DNA of 64,000 nucleotides from Chloroflexota bacterium (GTDB lineage: Bacteria; Chloroflexota; Limnocylindria; Limnocylindrales; CSP1-4), in NCBI GenBank assembly GCA_034436555.1, contig DAOTUU010000035.1:36655-100654 (forward strand), given 5' to 3'. Positions 28,331 through 39,099 of the stretch are shown here, piece after piece (the stretch's first letter is position 1; each line of letters opens with the position of its first letter). A program made the position numbers and the translations under genes. A model generated the notes under the pieces. The model was not told where the DNA came from. It worked only from the letters and a program-made list of their open reading frames with translations, and did no database searches.

Positions 28331-28411
28331 CGGCGCGACCGCGTGCTACGCTCGACCCTCCCCGACCGCCCGCGCGGGTCCGTGCGACCCCGCCCACCAC
28401 CCAAGGGACCG

Positions 28412-29881
28412 ATGACGCACCCGACCCCTCTCCCCTCGACCCCCACCACCGGACCCCGCACCCTCGTGCGCAAGATCTGGGATGACCATGTCGTCCTGGA
28501 GGAGCCCGGGGCGCCCACCGTCATCGGCATCGACCTCCACCTCGTCCACGAGGTCACCAGCCCCCAGGCGTTCGAGGGCCTGCGCCGCCGCGGCCTCAGG
28601 GTCCGCCACCCCGAGCGGACCGTGGCCACCATGGACCACAGCACGCCCACCACGCCCGTCGGGCTGCCCATCCTGGACCAGCAGGCCGCCTTCCAGGTCG
28701 CCCAGCTGGAGCGCAACTGCGCGGAGTTCGGGGTGCCGCTCCACGCACGAGGTTCGGACACGCAGGGCATCGTCCACGTCATCGGTCCAGAGCTGGGCCT
28801 GACGCAGCCGGGCATGACCATCGTCTGCGGCGACTCCCACACCGCCACGCACGGCGCGTTCGGCGCCCTCGCCTTCGGCATCGGCACCAGCGAGGTGGAG
28901 ATGGTGCTGGCGACCCAGACGCTGCTCCAGCGCCCGCCGCGCTCGTACGCGGTCAACGTCAGCGGCCGCCTGCATCCGGGCGTCACGGCGAAGGACATCA
29001 TCCTCAGCCTCATCGCGCGCATCGGCGTGGGCGGCGGCACGGGTCACGTCTTCGAGTACGGCGGCGACGCCATCCGCGGGCTCTCGATGGAAGAGCGGAT
29101 GACCATCTGCAACATGTCCATCGAGGGTGGCGCGCGGGCGGGCCTGATCGCTCCCGACGACACCACCTTCGACTACATCCACGGCCGACCCCATGCCCCG
29201 ACCGGCATGGCCTGGGACCAGGCGGTCGCCCGCTGGCGCACCCTCCCCTCGGACCCCGGTGCGGCCCACGAGCTTTCGATCGACATCGATGCGTCCGCCC
29301 TGGAACCCATGGTCACCTACGGCACCAACCCCGGCATGGGCATCGGCATCACGGGCAGGGTGCCTGCTCCCGAGGACGCCGCGGATGCCAGCGCACGCCG
29401 GGGTCTGGAGAGCGCGCTCGCCTACATGGGCCTCCAGCCGGGCCAGGCGCTCCTGGGCCAGAAGGTCGACATCGTGTTCATCGGCTCCTGCACCAACAGC
29501 CGCATCAGCGACCTGCGCCAGGCCGCCGCGATGCTGGATGGTCGTCGCGTCGCGGACGGCGTGCGCCTGATGGTCGTGCCCGGCAGTCAGCAGGTGAAGG
29601 CCCAGGCGGAGCGGGAGGGGCTCTCGGAGATCTTCAGGGCCGCCGGCGCCGAGTGGCGCGAGTCGGGCTGCTCCATGTGCATCGCCATGAACGGCGACAT
29701 GGGCCAGGCCGGCCAGTACATCGTGAGCACCAGCAACCGCAACTTCGAGGGGCGCCAGGGCAAGGGCGCGCGCACGCTCCTCGCCTCCCCTCTCACTGCC
29801 GCCGCGTCCGCGATCGCGGGAGCGGTGAGCGATCCGCGGCCCCTCGTGGACGGCGCGCCCGCCACCGTCGGCGGCCGCTGA
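28412..29881 (+). CDS. leuC: 3-isopropylmalate dehydratase large subunit
   Basis: Internal ATG of ORF 28160..29881 with AAGGGA RBS. Aconitase-family motifs including SMCIAMNG. Confidence 0.95.
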   Translation: MTHPTPLPSTPTTGPRTLVRKIWDDHVVLEEPGAPTVIGIDLHLVHEVTSPQAFEGLRRRGLRVRHPERTVATMDHSTPTTPVGLPILDQQAAFQVAQLERNCAEFGVPLHARGSDTQGIVHVIGPELGLTQPGMTIVCGDSHTATHGAFGALAFGIGTSEVEMVLATQTLLQRPPRSYAVNVSGRLHPGVTAKDIILSLIARIGVGGGTGHVFEYGGDAIRGLSMEERMTICNMSIEGGARAGLIAPDDTTFDYIHGRPHAPTGMAWDQAVARWRTLPSDPGAAHELSIDIDASALEPMVTYGTNPGMGIGITGRVPAPEDAADASARRGLESALAYMGLQPGQALLGQKVDIVFIGSCTNSRISDLRQAAAMLDGRRVADGVRLMVVPGSQQVKAQAEREGLSEIFRAAGAEWRESGCSMCIAMNGDMGQAGQYIVSTSNRNFEGRQGKGARTLLASPLTAAASAIAGAVSDPRPLVDGAPATVGGR

Positions 29882-29923
29882 CACGCGCCACGCGATCACG
29901 ACGAGCGACCAGGAGCCAGCCCG

Positions 29924-30553
29924 ATGCCCGAGCCCTACCGCAACTTCACCAGCAAGCTCATCCCGCTGCCGAACGAGAACGTCGACACCGACCAGATCAT
30001 CCCCGCTCGCTTCCTCAAGACCACCGAGAAGTCCGGCCTTGCGGATGCCCTGTTCAACGACTGGCGCTATCTCGCGGACGGCTCGCCGAACCCCGACTTC
30101 GTGCTCAACCAGCCCCAGAACCAGGGTCGCAGGGTGCTCATCGCGGGCGACAACTTCGGTTGCGGATCGTCGCGCGAGCATGCCCCCTGGGCGCTCACCG
30201 CGTGGGGCTTCCGGGCCATCGTGAGCACCAGCTTCGCGGACATCTTCCGCAACAACTCGCTCAAGAACGGCCTGCTGCCGATCGTGGTGGACCCCGAGAC
30301 GCATGCCCGCCTGTTCGCGATGCTGAACGCGGATCCGGACGCGGAGGTGAGCGTCGACCTGGTGGAGCAGGGCCTGCTGCTGCCGGACGGCAGCACGACC
30401 GACTTCGACATCGACCCGTTCGCCCGCTCGATGCTGCTGGCGGGCACCGACGAGATCGGCTGGGTCCTCGAGCGCGCGGAGGCCATCGAGGCCTGGGAGT
30501 CGACGCACCCGGCACGCGTCGACACCCGCACCAGTCCGGCCGCCGCCGGATAG
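29924..30553 (+). CDS. leuD: 3-isopropylmalate dehydratase small subunit
   Basis: ORF 29924..30553. Aconitase swivel-domain sequence. Confidence 0.95.
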   Translation: MPEPYRNFTSKLIPLPNENVDTDQIIPARFLKTTEKSGLADALFNDWRYLADGSPNPDFVLNQPQNQGRRVLIAGDNFGCGSSREHAPWALTAWGFRAIVSTSFADIFRNNSLKNGLLPIVVDPETHARLFAMLNADPDAEVSVDLVEQGLLLPDGSTTDFDIDPFARSMLLAGTDEIGWVLERAEAIEAWESTHPARVDTRTSPAAAG

Positions 30554-30586
30554 CCGCCCAGCCCTCGCCACCGCAAGGAGCCCTCG

Positions 30587-30973
30587 ATGCCCGCCGATGC
30601 CAGCGTCGTCCGTCGCCTCTACGAGGCACGCGAGGCCCGCGACCTGGATGCGACGGCACGGCTCATCGCCCAGGACGTCGTGTGGCACGAACCGTACGAG
30701 TACCTGGGCACGCTGCGCGGCCGCGATGCCGTCATGAGCGCCATCCGCCAGTCGATGGCCGAGACGCATGACACGTTCAGCCTCCGCGTCAGCGACCTGC
30801 TCGCCTCGGACGAGCACGTCGTGGCGCTCGTGGACTTCTCGGCGGAGCGCCACGGAGGCCGCATGAGCGGTCGCGAGATCGGCGTGTTCAAGGTGCGCGA
30901 CGGCCAGATCGTCGAGGTCTGGTTCTACACCGCCGAGGACCCCGACGCGGTCTCGGAGTTCATGCGCGGGTAG
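30587..30973 (+). CDS. SnoaL-like / NTF2-like (ketosteroid-isomerase fold) protein
   Basis: ORF 30587..30973. AAGGAG RBS. The length (128 aa) and sequence fit the NTF2-like superfamily. Confidence 0.65.
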   Translation: MPADASVVRRLYEAREARDLDATARLIAQDVVWHEPYEYLGTLRGRDAVMSAIRQSMAETHDTFSLRVSDLLASDEHVVALVDFSAERHGGRMSGREIGVFKVRDGQIVEVWFYTAEDPDAVSEFMRG

Positions 30974-31258
30974 CCGCTTGACCGGGCGGCCGGGTGCGCA
31001 TCGCCCATGTACGGATGAACGCCGTACACGAGGCGATCCATTCGCCCAGGAACTCGATCCACTTCGGACAGAGCCTCTGCCAGTGGTCCTGCCGGGATCG
31101 ACATCGCCGAGGACCTGCGAAGCCAAGACCGGCGGCCGTGAATCCAGCGTCGTGCCCACGTCGCATCCGGGCCCAGGCCCCGGGAGCGCGGTGCCGCGTC
31201 ACCCGTCACGCGCGCTGCGTCCACCTCCTCGGACGATCTGGCCCGACGCCGAACGGCG

Positions 31259-31555
31259 TCAGCGGCTGCGCAGCCAGCGTTCCAGGTCACCCCGGTCGAC
31301 GATGCCGAGGATCAGGACGACCCGTTCGGGCTCGATGATGTCGTACATCACGCGGTGATCGCCCACCCTCAGGCGGTGGAACGAGTCGCTCACTCCCTTG
31401 ATCGACTTGACCGACTTCCCGGCGATCCGACCAGGCCGAGCGACTTCGGTGGCGAGGCGGAGCAGGGCACTGCGTACCCGCGCCCGCAGTTCTGGGGCGA
31501 GGTCCTCGAAGGCCCGGGCGGCTGCTGGGGACAGCCGGACCTCGTACGGGTTCAG
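31259..31555 (-). CDS. RelE/ParE-family type II toxin. No canonical start codon; possible CTG overlapping the antitoxin stop.
   Basis: My minus-strand translation reads NPYEVRLSPAAARAFEDLAPELRARVRSALLRLATEVARPGRIAGKSVKSIKGVSDSFHRLRVGDHRVMYDIIEPERVVLILGIVDRGDLERWLRSR* directly downstream of the antitoxin. The frame is open upstream with no ATG, GTG or TTG. Confidence 0.6.
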   Translation of the reverse strand: MNPYEVRLSPAAARAFEDLAPELRARVRSALLRLATEVARPGRIAGKSVKSIKGVSDSFHRLRVGDHRVMYDIIEPERVVLILGIVDRGDLERWLRSR

Positions 31556-31788
31556 CCGAGGTCGCCGAGGCTGATGCTTCGGCCCTGTGCGTGGGCGACC
31601 CGCGACTCGCGGCGCATGCGGACGTACTCATCCACGTTCGCCAGGACCAGGTCTTCGGCCTCCTCGATCGGCAGCAGCACCGCCGCGGCGCGGCCGCGCT
31701 TCGTGATGACGTACGAGGCACCGCCTTCCACACGGTCGATGACCGCCGATGCGGTCGCCTTCAACTCCTTGACCCCGATCTCGGCCAT
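31552..31788 (-). CDS. Phd/YefM-family type II antitoxin
   Basis: ORF 31552..31788 (-). MAEIGVKELKATASAVIDRVEGGASYVITKRGRAAAVLLPIEEAEDL is classic Phd/YefM. Confidence 0.8.
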   Translation of the reverse strand: MAEIGVKELKATASAVIDRVEGGASYVITKRGRAAAVLLPIEEAEDLVLANVDEYVRMRRESRVAHAQGRSISLGDLG

Positions 31789-31898
31789 CGCCTCGACTCC
31801 TTCAGGTGACCACCTCGGTGGTCACTCTAGCAGGGACGGAGGCGGTGCACCACCATTCGCCACGGGACGGCGCCACTCCCCGTAGTCTTGTCCTTCCC

Positions 31899-33617
31899 AT
31901 GCGACTCTCCAGCCTCTTCTTCACCACCCTCCGCGACGACCCCTCCGAAGCGGAGATGCCGTCCCATCGACTGCTGCTCCGAGCCGGTTACGTCCGACAG
32001 CTCGGCGCGGGCATCTACTCGCTGCTGCCGCTCGGCTTCCGCGTCAATGCGCGCGTCGAACAGGTCATCCGCGAGGAGCTGGATGCCATCGGCGGCCAGG
32101 AGATGGAGATGCCCGTGGTCCACCCGGCGGAGCTGTGGCGCGAGACCGGCCGCTACGACGCGATCGGTCCAGAGATGGCCCGCTTCAAGGATCGCGGGGA
32201 CCGGGACATGGTGCTCGCGATGACCCACGAGGAGGTGGTGGCTGACCTGCTGCGGGACATCGTGCGCAGCTATCGCCAGCTGCCCGTGATCATCTACCAC
32301 TTCCAGACCAAGTTCCGCGATGAGCCCCGCTCGCGCGGCGGCCTCATCCGGGTGCGCGAGTTCGTGATGAAGGATTCCTACTCGGCCGACCGGGACGAGG
32401 AAGGGTTGGACAGGAGCTACTGGGCGCACCACCGCGCCTACACCCGGATCTTCGAGCGGCTGGGCCTGGATGCGATCGCTGTGTCCAGCGACGTGGGCAT
32501 GATGGGCGGTTCGCTCGCCCACGAGTTCATGTTCCTGAATCCCGCGGGCGAGGACGTGCTCGTGCTGTGCGAGGCGTGCGGCTACGCCGCGAACCGCCAG
32601 GTGGCGCCCACGACCACCGCCGCCCCGGACGCGGAGGACCTGCGGCCGGTCGAGGAGGTCCACACGCCCGACGCCACCACGATCGACGCCCTCGCGCGGT
32701 TCCTGGGCATCCACGCGTCGCGGACCGCCAAGGCGGCGTTCTTCGTGACCGGCGACGGTCGCTTCGTGACCGCGGTCGTGCGTGGCGACGACGACGTCAA
32801 CGAGACCAAACTGGTCAACGTCGTGAAGGCCGTGGGCGGATTGCGGCCGGCCCAGGTGGACGAGATCAAGGCCCGCGGCATGGAGGCGGGCTACGGCTCG
32901 CCCATCGGCGCGACCGACACGCTGGTCGTGGTCGACGCCTTGGCTGCGGCCAGCCCGAACCTGGTCGCGGGTGCCAACCGGCCCGGATACCACCTGCGCG
33001 ACACGAACGTGGGCCGCGACTACACGCCCGACATCGTCGCAGACATCGCGAACGTCCAGGAGGGCGACGCCTGCCCCACCTGCGGCGGCGCCGTGATCCT
33101 GCGCAGCGGCATCGAGATCGGCAACATCTTCAAGCTGGGCACCAAGTACACGGTCGCACTGGGCGCCGAGTACCTGGGCGAGGACGGCGAGCGTCATCCG
33201 ATCGTGATGGGCTCCTACGGCATCGGCCTGGGCCGCAACGTGGCATGCATCGTGGAGGGCCACCACGACGCGAAGGGCATCGCGTGGCCCGCGGAGGTGG
33301 CGCCGTACCGGGCGCACCTGGTGGCGATCGGCGCCAACAAGGAGCCGCGGGTCAAGGAGATCGCGGAGCGACTCCACGACCTCGCGGCCGCGGGCGGCTC
33401 CTGGAACGAGATCCTGTTCGACGACCGGGACGAGTCGCCCGGCGTCAAGCTCACGGACGCGGAGCTGCTGGGCATGCCCTGGATCCTCACGGTCAGCCCG
33501 CGCTCGCTGGCCGCCGGCGGCGTGGAGGTCACGAACCGCGCCACGGGAGAGCGGCAGACCGTCGCCCTCGAGCGGGTCGAGGCCTTCGTGTCGGGGGACG
33601 TCGCCACGCCGGTCTGA
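31899..33617 (+). CDS. proS: Proline--tRNA ligase (bacterial-type ProRS lacking the editing insertion; archaeal/eukaryote-like architecture)
   Basis: Internal ATG of ORF 31806..33617. Class II aaRS motifs and a C-terminal zinc-binding region (CPTCGG). Length 573 aa. Confidence 0.9.
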   Translation: MRLSSLFFTTLRDDPSEAEMPSHRLLLRAGYVRQLGAGIYSLLPLGFRVNARVEQVIREELDAIGGQEMEMPVVHPAELWRETGRYDAIGPEMARFKDRGDRDMVLAMTHEEVVADLLRDIVRSYRQLPVIIYHFQTKFRDEPRSRGGLIRVREFVMKDSYSADRDEEGLDRSYWAHHRAYTRIFERLGLDAIAVSSDVGMMGGSLAHEFMFLNPAGEDVLVLCEACGYAANRQVAPTTTAAPDAEDLRPVEEVHTPDATTIDALARFLGIHASRTAKAAFFVTGDGRFVTAVVRGDDDVNETKLVNVVKAVGGLRPAQVDEIKARGMEAGYGSPIGATDTLVVVDALAAASPNLVAGANRPGYHLRDTNVGRDYTPDIVADIANVQEGDACPTCGGAVILRSGIEIGNIFKLGTKYTVALGAEYLGEDGERHPIVMGSYGIGLGRNVACIVEGHHDAKGIAWPAEVAPYRAHLVAIGANKEPRVKEIAERLHDLAAAGGSWNEILFDDRDESPGVKLTDAELLGMPWILTVSPRSLAAGGVEVTNRATGERQTVALERVEAFVSGDVATPV

Positions 33618-33664
33618 GGCCGCACACGCCCGACCGGGTCGCGCGCGATGTATGCTCCTGACAT

Positions 33665-33922
33665 ATGAAGCGCACACAGGTCTATCTCACCGAACAGCAG
33701 GATCGGCGACTGGCCGAGATCGCAGCTGAGCGCGGCACGTCCAGGGCCGGCGCCCTCCGCTGGGCCCTGGACTCGGTGCTGGAGACCGGGGACGTCGAGG
33801 CGGAGGCGCGCGCGGTGATCCTGGCCACCGCCGGCCTGCTCGAGGACTACCCGGACTGGCCGGAGTGGCAGCGGACCGTCCGCGGCCGGACCGCCGCAGC
33901 ACGCTTGGACGATCTCGGGTGA
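33665..33922 (+). CDS. Type II antitoxin (VapB/RHH-like)
   Basis: ORF 33665..33922. MKRTQVYLTEQQDRRLAEIAAERGTSRAGALRWALDSVL is a ribbon-helix-helix-type antitoxin. Confidence 0.7.
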   Translation: MKRTQVYLTEQQDRRLAEIAAERGTSRAGALRWALDSVLETGDVEAEARAVILATAGLLEDYPDWPEWQRTVRGRTAAARLDDLG

Positions 33923-34290
33923 TCGTGTTCGACAGCTCGGTCCTGATCGCGCATCTGCGGGGTGATGACCGGGCGACCCAGCTGCTGCTCGACACGCCGA
34001 CCTCCGCGCGTCTGGCGAGCGTGCTGACCCGCGTCGAGATCGAAGGTGGCATGCGCTCGGATGAGCGGCGATCCGTCTCGAGCCTCTTCAGCTTCATCCG
34101 GCTGCTGCCCGTGACCGATCCGATCGCGCGGCGGGCGGGCGCGATGCTGCGCGAGCATCGCCGATCGCACCCCGGCGTCGACCTCGTGGACTACGTGATC
34201 GCGGCGACCGCGGAGCTCCACGGCGCTCGACTCGCGACGCTGAACGTCCGGCACTTCCCGACGATCGCCGGGTTGCGGCCGCCCTACTGA
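33919..34290 (+). CDS. PIN-domain toxin (VapC family)
   Basis: GTG overlaps the antitoxin stop (GTGA). VIVFDSSVLIAHL... is a PIN-domain N-terminus with acidic residues. Confidence 0.8.
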   Translation: MIVFDSSVLIAHLRGDDRATQLLLDTPTSARLASVLTRVEIEGGMRSDERRSVSSLFSFIRLLPVTDPIARRAGAMLREHRRSHPGVDLVDYVIAATAELHGARLATLNVRHFPTIAGLRPPY

Positions 34291-34477
34291 ACCGTGGTCT
34301 CGTCTCGGATGACCTGCGCCGGGTGCGTCGGATCATGGCGACACCCCCGGTCGGCGACGCGGCCGCGGCCGCCGACGTGAGCGCGGCCCGCATGCGACCG
34401 GCACCGACGTCACCCCGGGCGCATGCCTACACTGGCCACACGCCCGCCGCGCACGCGGCTTCACCGACGAGGATCCC

Positions 34478-36187
34478 ATGTCCCAGCTGCCCTACGACCG
34501 CCCCACCGACCCTGCCAAGCGGCACTCCGCCGTGCTCACCGAGGGCCCCGACCGGGCCGGCGCCCGGGGCATGCTCAAGGCCATCGGCTTCACCGACGAG
34601 GATCTCGCCAAGCCCATCATCGGCGTGGCCACCCAGTGGATCGAGACCATGCCCTGCAACTACAACCAGCGGGAGCTGGCGGAGCAGGTGAAGGCGGGCA
34701 TCCGCGCCGCGGGCGGCACGCCCATGGAGTTCAACACGATCTCCGTGTCGGACGGCGTGACGATGGGCACGGAGGGCATGAAGGCGTCGCTGGTGAGCCG
34801 GGAGGTCATCGCGGACTCCATCGAGACCGTCACGCGGGGACACAGCTTCGACGGACTCGTGTGCATCGTGGGATGCGACAAGACCGGACCCGGCGCGGCG
34901 ATGGCGCTGATGCGCATGGACCGTCCCGCGGTCGTGCTCTACAACGGCACGATCCTGCCCGGCCGCCACAACGGCCAGGACATGGACATCGTCAACATCT
35001 ATGAGGCGATCGGCGCCTATCGCGCGGGCAAGATCAGCCTGGATGAGCTGTACGAGATCGAGTCGGCGTCCTGCCCCGGCCCCGGCGCCTGTGGTGGCCA
35101 GTACACCGCGAACACGATGAGCATGGTCCTGGAGTTCCTGGGCCTCTCCCCTGCCGGCCTCAACGGCATCCCGGCCACCGATCCCGCCAAGGGACCAGCC
35201 GCGTATCGCTGCGGCGAGCTGGTCATGGACCTGGTGCGCCGAGACGTCCGGCCCCGACACATCGTGACCGAGACGGCCCTGCGCAACGCGATCGCGTCGG
35301 TCGCCGCGACCGGTGGATCCACCAACGCCGTGCTGCACCTGCTCGCGATCGCGCACGAGGCGGACCTGCCGCTCTCGATCGACGACTTCGACCGGATCTC
35401 CGAGGCGACCCCGGTCATCGCGGACATGCGCCCGGGCGGCCGCTACCGCGCCGCGGATCTCCAGAATGCGGGCGGCATCGAACTGGTGATGCGCGAGCTG
35501 GTCGCGGGCGGCAAGGTGGATGGGTCGGCCACCACGGTCGACGGCAGGACGCTCGCGGACATCGGTGTGTCGGCGGCCGAGACACCCGGCCAGCAGGTGG
35601 TCAGGCCCGTCGCCGCACCGTTCAAGTCATCGGGTGGCCTGGCGATCCTCAAGGGCAGCCTCGCGCCTGATGGCTGCGTCATCAAGCTCGCCGGCCACGA
35701 GCGGCGGGCGCACACCGGACCGGCGCGCGTCTTTGACTCCGAGACGAGCTGTTTCGAGGCGGTCAAGAACGGCGACATCAAGCCAGGCGACGTCGTCGTC
35801 ATCCGCTGCGAGGGACCCGTCGGAGGCCCGGGCATGCAGGAGATGCTGGCGGTCACCGGGGCGATCGTGGGCGAGGGCCTCGGTGAGACCGTGGCGCTGC
35901 TCACGGACGGCCGCTTCTCCGGCGGCACGCGCGGCCTGATGATCGGCCATGTGGCGCCGGAGGCGGCGCTGGGCGGCCCCATCGCGTTCGTCCAGGAGGG
36001 CGACACGATCACCATCGACGTGGACCGGCGAGAGCTGAACCTCGAAGTTGACGCGGCCGAGCTGGAGCGGCGCAGAGCCGGCTGGACGGCGCCCGCGCCA
36101 CGCTACACGAAGGGCGTCTTCGCCAAGTACGCGGCGCTCGTCACGTCCGCCTCCAAGGGCGCGGTGACCACGCCGGGTGCCCGCTGA
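34478..36187 (+). CDS. ilvD: Dihydroxy-acid dehydratase
   Basis: ORF 34478..36187. IlvD/EDD family motifs CDKTGP and SGGTRG; Fe-S cysteines. Confidence 0.95.
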   Translation: MSQLPYDRPTDPAKRHSAVLTEGPDRAGARGMLKAIGFTDEDLAKPIIGVATQWIETMPCNYNQRELAEQVKAGIRAAGGTPMEFNTISVSDGVTMGTEGMKASLVSREVIADSIETVTRGHSFDGLVCIVGCDKTGPGAAMALMRMDRPAVVLYNGTILPGRHNGQDMDIVNIYEAIGAYRAGKISLDELYEIESASCPGPGACGGQYTANTMSMVLEFLGLSPAGLNGIPATDPAKGPAAYRCGELVMDLVRRDVRPRHIVTETALRNAIASVAATGGSTNAVLHLLAIAHEADLPLSIDDFDRISEATPVIADMRPGGRYRAADLQNAGGIELVMRELVAGGKVDGSATTVDGRTLADIGVSAAETPGQQVVRPVAAPFKSSGGLAILKGSLAPDGCVIKLAGHERRAHTGPARVFDSETSCFEAVKNGDIKPGDVVVIRCEGPVGGPGMQEMLAVTGAIVGEGLGETVALLTDGRFSGGTRGLMIGHVAPEAALGGPIAFVQEGDTITIDVDRRELNLEVDAAELERRRAGWTAPAPRYTKGVFAKYAALVTSASKGAVTTPGAR

Positions 36188-36225
36188 ACGACCCGCGGGC
36201 ATCGTCCTTCATCCGCGGATCGCGA

Positions 36226-37404
36226 TCAGGACTCGCGGTGGAACCGGATGCGATTGGGGCCCTCCCAGTCGGTCCAGTCGTCCCACGCCTCCACGATCCG
36301 CGGGGCCGCCGCAGAGCCGCGATACGCCCCCATCCGCTCGCCCTTCGTGCCGACCTTCCTGCGAGAGAAGGTGGCGCCGCCGTCGGCGCTGCGGAACCGC
36401 CACTGCTCGGTGTAGACATCCACGTCCCCGTACGCCTTGCCCGCCAGCAGCAGGACCCTGGCGCCCACGATGTCCAGCGAGTTCGGATAGCCGACGAAGC
36501 AGCAGGTGGCGTCGCCATCGATACGCTTCACCCGTCCGCTGAACGATGATCCGCCGTTCGTGCTGCGGCGCGTGTACAGGTCGTTGTCGCGGGTGTAGGC
36601 GACCACCACGCGCTGCCCGGCGATGGCGACCTTGACCGAGTAGTCCGGATCCAGGTCGATGGCCTGCCGCGCTGACGCGCTGAGCGAGACGCCCGCGCCA
36701 GGCGCCACGGAGAACCGCTGGAGGACCGTCTTCCCGCTGCGGCCCCACGCCGCCACGACCCGCCCGTTCGTCGCATCGACGGCAGGCTCCACGGCGCGCA
36801 TCCCCGTCCCCAGATCCAGCCGCACCTCCTCGGCACCGCTGGAGGGCAGGGCAGGCTCGATGCTCGGGGTCGGATCGAACACGGAGAGCCGCGCGTGCCA
36901 CGGCGCCCCCGCGAGCTTCTCCAGCCACACCACCGCGAGGAAGCGATTCCCGACGCACGCGATGGCCGGATCGCGCGCGGTGACGGACGCGTACGGATCG
37001 GTCAGGAGGTGACCACTCGTGATGGTGCCGTCCAGGCTGCGCCCGTCGACCACGATGTCCCAGCGGTCGGCCGGCTCGCCCGGCACATGCAGCTCGCTGG
37101 CGACCCACAGCGTGCCTGCGCAGATGGCCGCGGACGCGGAGCGATTCGGTCGACCATCCAGGCGCACCCGCGGCGCGAACGTGGCGCCACCGTCCTGCGA
37201 GATGCGTACCATGATCGCCGGGCCGCCGGCGGGCTCCTCCTGCCACACAACGCCCACGCCGCTCCCCCTCGCGGCGACGTCCTGCAACAGCACGCTGTCC
37301 GCCTTCCGCAGAACCTGCGTGGGCCCGAAGTCCGCCGACACGGGCGCGGCGATCGCCACGCAGGCCAGCGAGGCGATGAGAACGGCTGCGACTCGCGGCC
37401 TCAT
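36226..37404 (-). CDS. Secreted BNR/Asp-box repeat protein (sialidase-like beta-propeller). Paralog of the gene at 40520..41686.
   Basis: ORF 36226..37467 (-). Start at internal Met with signal peptide MRPRVAAVLIASLACVAIAAPVSA. Asp-box repeats SQDGGATF, STNGGSSF and SADGGATF. Confidence 0.75.
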   Translation of the reverse strand: MRPRVAAVLIASLACVAIAAPVSADFGPTQVLRKADSVLLQDVAARGSGVGVVWQEEPAGGPAIMVRISQDGGATFAPRVRLDGRPNRSASAAICAGTLWVASELHVPGEPADRWDIVVDGRSLDGTITSGHLLTDPYASVTARDPAIACVGNRFLAVVWLEKLAGAPWHARLSVFDPTPSIEPALPSSGAEEVRLDLGTGMRAVEPAVDATNGRVVAAWGRSGKTVLQRFSVAPGAGVSLSASARQAIDLDPDYSVKVAIAGQRVVVAYTRDNDLYTRRSTNGGSSFSGRVKRIDGDATCCFVGYPNSLDIVGARVLLLAGKAYGDVDVYTEQWRFRSADGGATFSRRKVGTKGERMGAYRGSAAAPRIVEAWDDWTDWEGPNRIRFHRES

Positions 37405-37520
37405 TGGGTGCGACCTCCGAACGACCTCCGACCGGCCAAGCGTGCACCACCGTGCCGTGGCGGTCAAGGCATCACCGGTGCGCCAGGCATCACCGGCACG
37501 CCGCAGGACACCCGGAGGGG

Positions 37521-38027
37521 TCAGCCAGCCGCCTTGATGAGCCTGCCGCGCCGGGTCATGGCGTGGGACGCCAGTGCCGCCACGCCCATCGCCACGAGCG
37601 CGCGCTCCGCCATGGGCAGCGGCCGGACCACCGCGAGGAACTGGTCGGCGCGGCCGCGATCCACGCCCGCGAGGAGCGTGGCGCCCGCCGGGGTCAGGGC
37701 GAGGGCGCGCTGGCGCCTGTCGGCCGACTCCGTCGTCCGCTCCACGAGACCCCGCTCCGCGAGCTCCGACACGATGCGCGACGTGGCGGACGGCGACCGC
37801 CCGATGAGCTCCGCGAGCCCGGTGACCGAGAGCGTCTCCGTGCCACTCACCGCGTACAGCGCGGCGAGCTGCGTGAAGCCCAGGTCCAGCTGGCCCAGCT
37901 CCGCCGCGAACCCGATGACCAGCTCGCGCCAGAGGGCCCGCCCCACCGCGATCCGGTCGGACAGCAGGCGCGGGTTCTGGAGCTCGTCCCGGGCGGCCTG
38001 GACGACGGGGCTCAGCAGTTCATCCAT
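37521..38027 (-). CDS. MarR-family transcriptional regulator
   Basis: ORF 37521..38189 (-). Start at internal Met MDELLSPVV. Winged-HTH region LSVTGLAELIGRSPSATSRIVSELAERGLVER. Confidence 0.85.
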   Translation of the reverse strand: MDELLSPVVQAARDELQNPRLLSDRIAVGRALWRELVIGFAAELGQLDLGFTQLAALYAVSGTETLSVTGLAELIGRSPSATSRIVSELAERGLVERTTESADRRQRALALTPAGATLLAGVDRGRADQFLAVVRPLPMAERALVAMGVAALASHAMTRRGRLIKAAG

Positions 38028-38047
38028 GCGTGCATGATTGCACGCAT
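38026..38047. promoter_or_regulatory. 9-4-9 palindrome ATGCGTGCAtgatTGCACGCAT overlapping the MarR start codon in the divergent marR/fabD intergenic region. Candidate MarR operator.
   Basis: Direct reading of the sequence. Confidence 0.45.
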
Positions 38048-38113
38048 TCAGGGCACGGGTCCGTCGCCGGCTGGTAGGGTTCTCGCGACACGGGTGCGCA
38101 GGAGGGACATGGC

Positions 38114-39058
38114 TTGACGGTCGCGGCGATCTTTCCCGGCCAGGGCTCGCAATCGGTGGGCATGGGCAGGCCGCTCGCGGAGGCGTCACCGGAGGCCCGG
38201 GCGATCTGGGAGCAGGCGGATGCCGCGCTCGGCGATCGGATCTCGACGCTCGCCTGGGAGGGCCCGGCGGAGCAGCTGGACCTGACCGAGAACGCGCAGC
38301 CCGCCATCCTCGCCGCGTCCATCGCGATCATGAGCGCCCTGGGCGCGGGATGGAGGACCGCCGGCATCACCGCACCCGTCCCCGCCTTCTACGCCGGCCA
38401 CTCCATGGGCCAGTACAGCGCCCTCGTCGCGTCCGGTGCGGTCGACCTGGCGGATGCGCTCCGGCTGGTCCGGCGCCGCGGGCAGCTGATGCAGGCGGCA
38501 CCGGACGGTGCCATGGCCGCGATCATCGGCCTGGACGACGCCCGTCTGGCGGACCTGGAGGCCGCAGGCGCGACCCACGGCACGTTCACCATCGCGAACC
38601 GCAACTCCCCCGGCCAGGTCGTCGTGAGCGGCGAGAGAGCGGCCGTCGAGGCGGCCGCGGCGGCAGCCAGGGGCCTGGGCGCCAAGCGCGCGATCGTGCT
38701 GCCGGTGAGCGTCGCGGCACACTCGCCGCTGATGGCGGAGGCGGCGGCAGGGATGCGCGCAGCGATCGACGCGGTCACGTTCCGCGATCCCCGCTCGCCG
38801 CTCCTCGCCAACGCCGATGCCCGCCCCCTCGTCACCGCCGACGCGTGTCGTGGCGAGCTCGTGGAACACCTAACCCGCGGCGTGGACTGGGTCCGAGCCG
38901 TGGAGGCCATGCGGGCGGCAGGGGTGGGCACCTTCCTGGAGGTGGGCCCCGGCAAGGTCCTCACGGGCCTGATCAAGCGCATCGCCCCCGACGCCACCGC
39001 CATCGCCCTCGACGAGCCGGCCGCTCCCGGCGCGATCCGCCTCCCGTTCACCGACTGA
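38114..39058 (+). CDS. fabD: Malonyl-CoA:ACP transacylase
   Basis: ORF 38114..39058. TTG start with AGGAGGG RBS. Motifs IFPGQGSQ and GHSMGQY. Confidence 0.9.
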   Translation: MTVAAIFPGQGSQSVGMGRPLAEASPEARAIWEQADAALGDRISTLAWEGPAEQLDLTENAQPAILAASIAIMSALGAGWRTAGITAPVPAFYAGHSMGQYSALVASGAVDLADALRLVRRRGQLMQAAPDGAMAAIIGLDDARLADLEAAGATHGTFTIANRNSPGQVVVSGERAAVEAAAAAARGLGAKRAIVLPVSVAAHSPLMAEAAAGMRAAIDAVTFRDPRSPLLANADARPLVTADACRGELVEHLTRGVDWVRAVEAMRAAGVGTFLEVGPGKVLTGLIKRIAPDATAIALDEPAAPGAIRLPFTD

Positions 39059-39099
39059 CCGCCCGGTCCCGGGCACACATCCGAGGAGATCCCCCGCCC

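Noticed and set aside
30974-31258. 285-bp lower-GC intergenic stretch considered for an ncRNA or remnant gene
   Set aside because: No conserved structural RNA hallmarks were recognisable by eye, and the ORFs have artefact-like composition. It is more likely flanking DNA of the horizontally acquired TA module.
39059-39099. Looked for an acpP (acyl carrier protein, about 80 aa, DSL motif) between fabD and fabF
   Set aside because: Only a 41-nt gap exists. No small ORF with an ACP-like sequence is found on either strand anywhere from 38000 to 44400.
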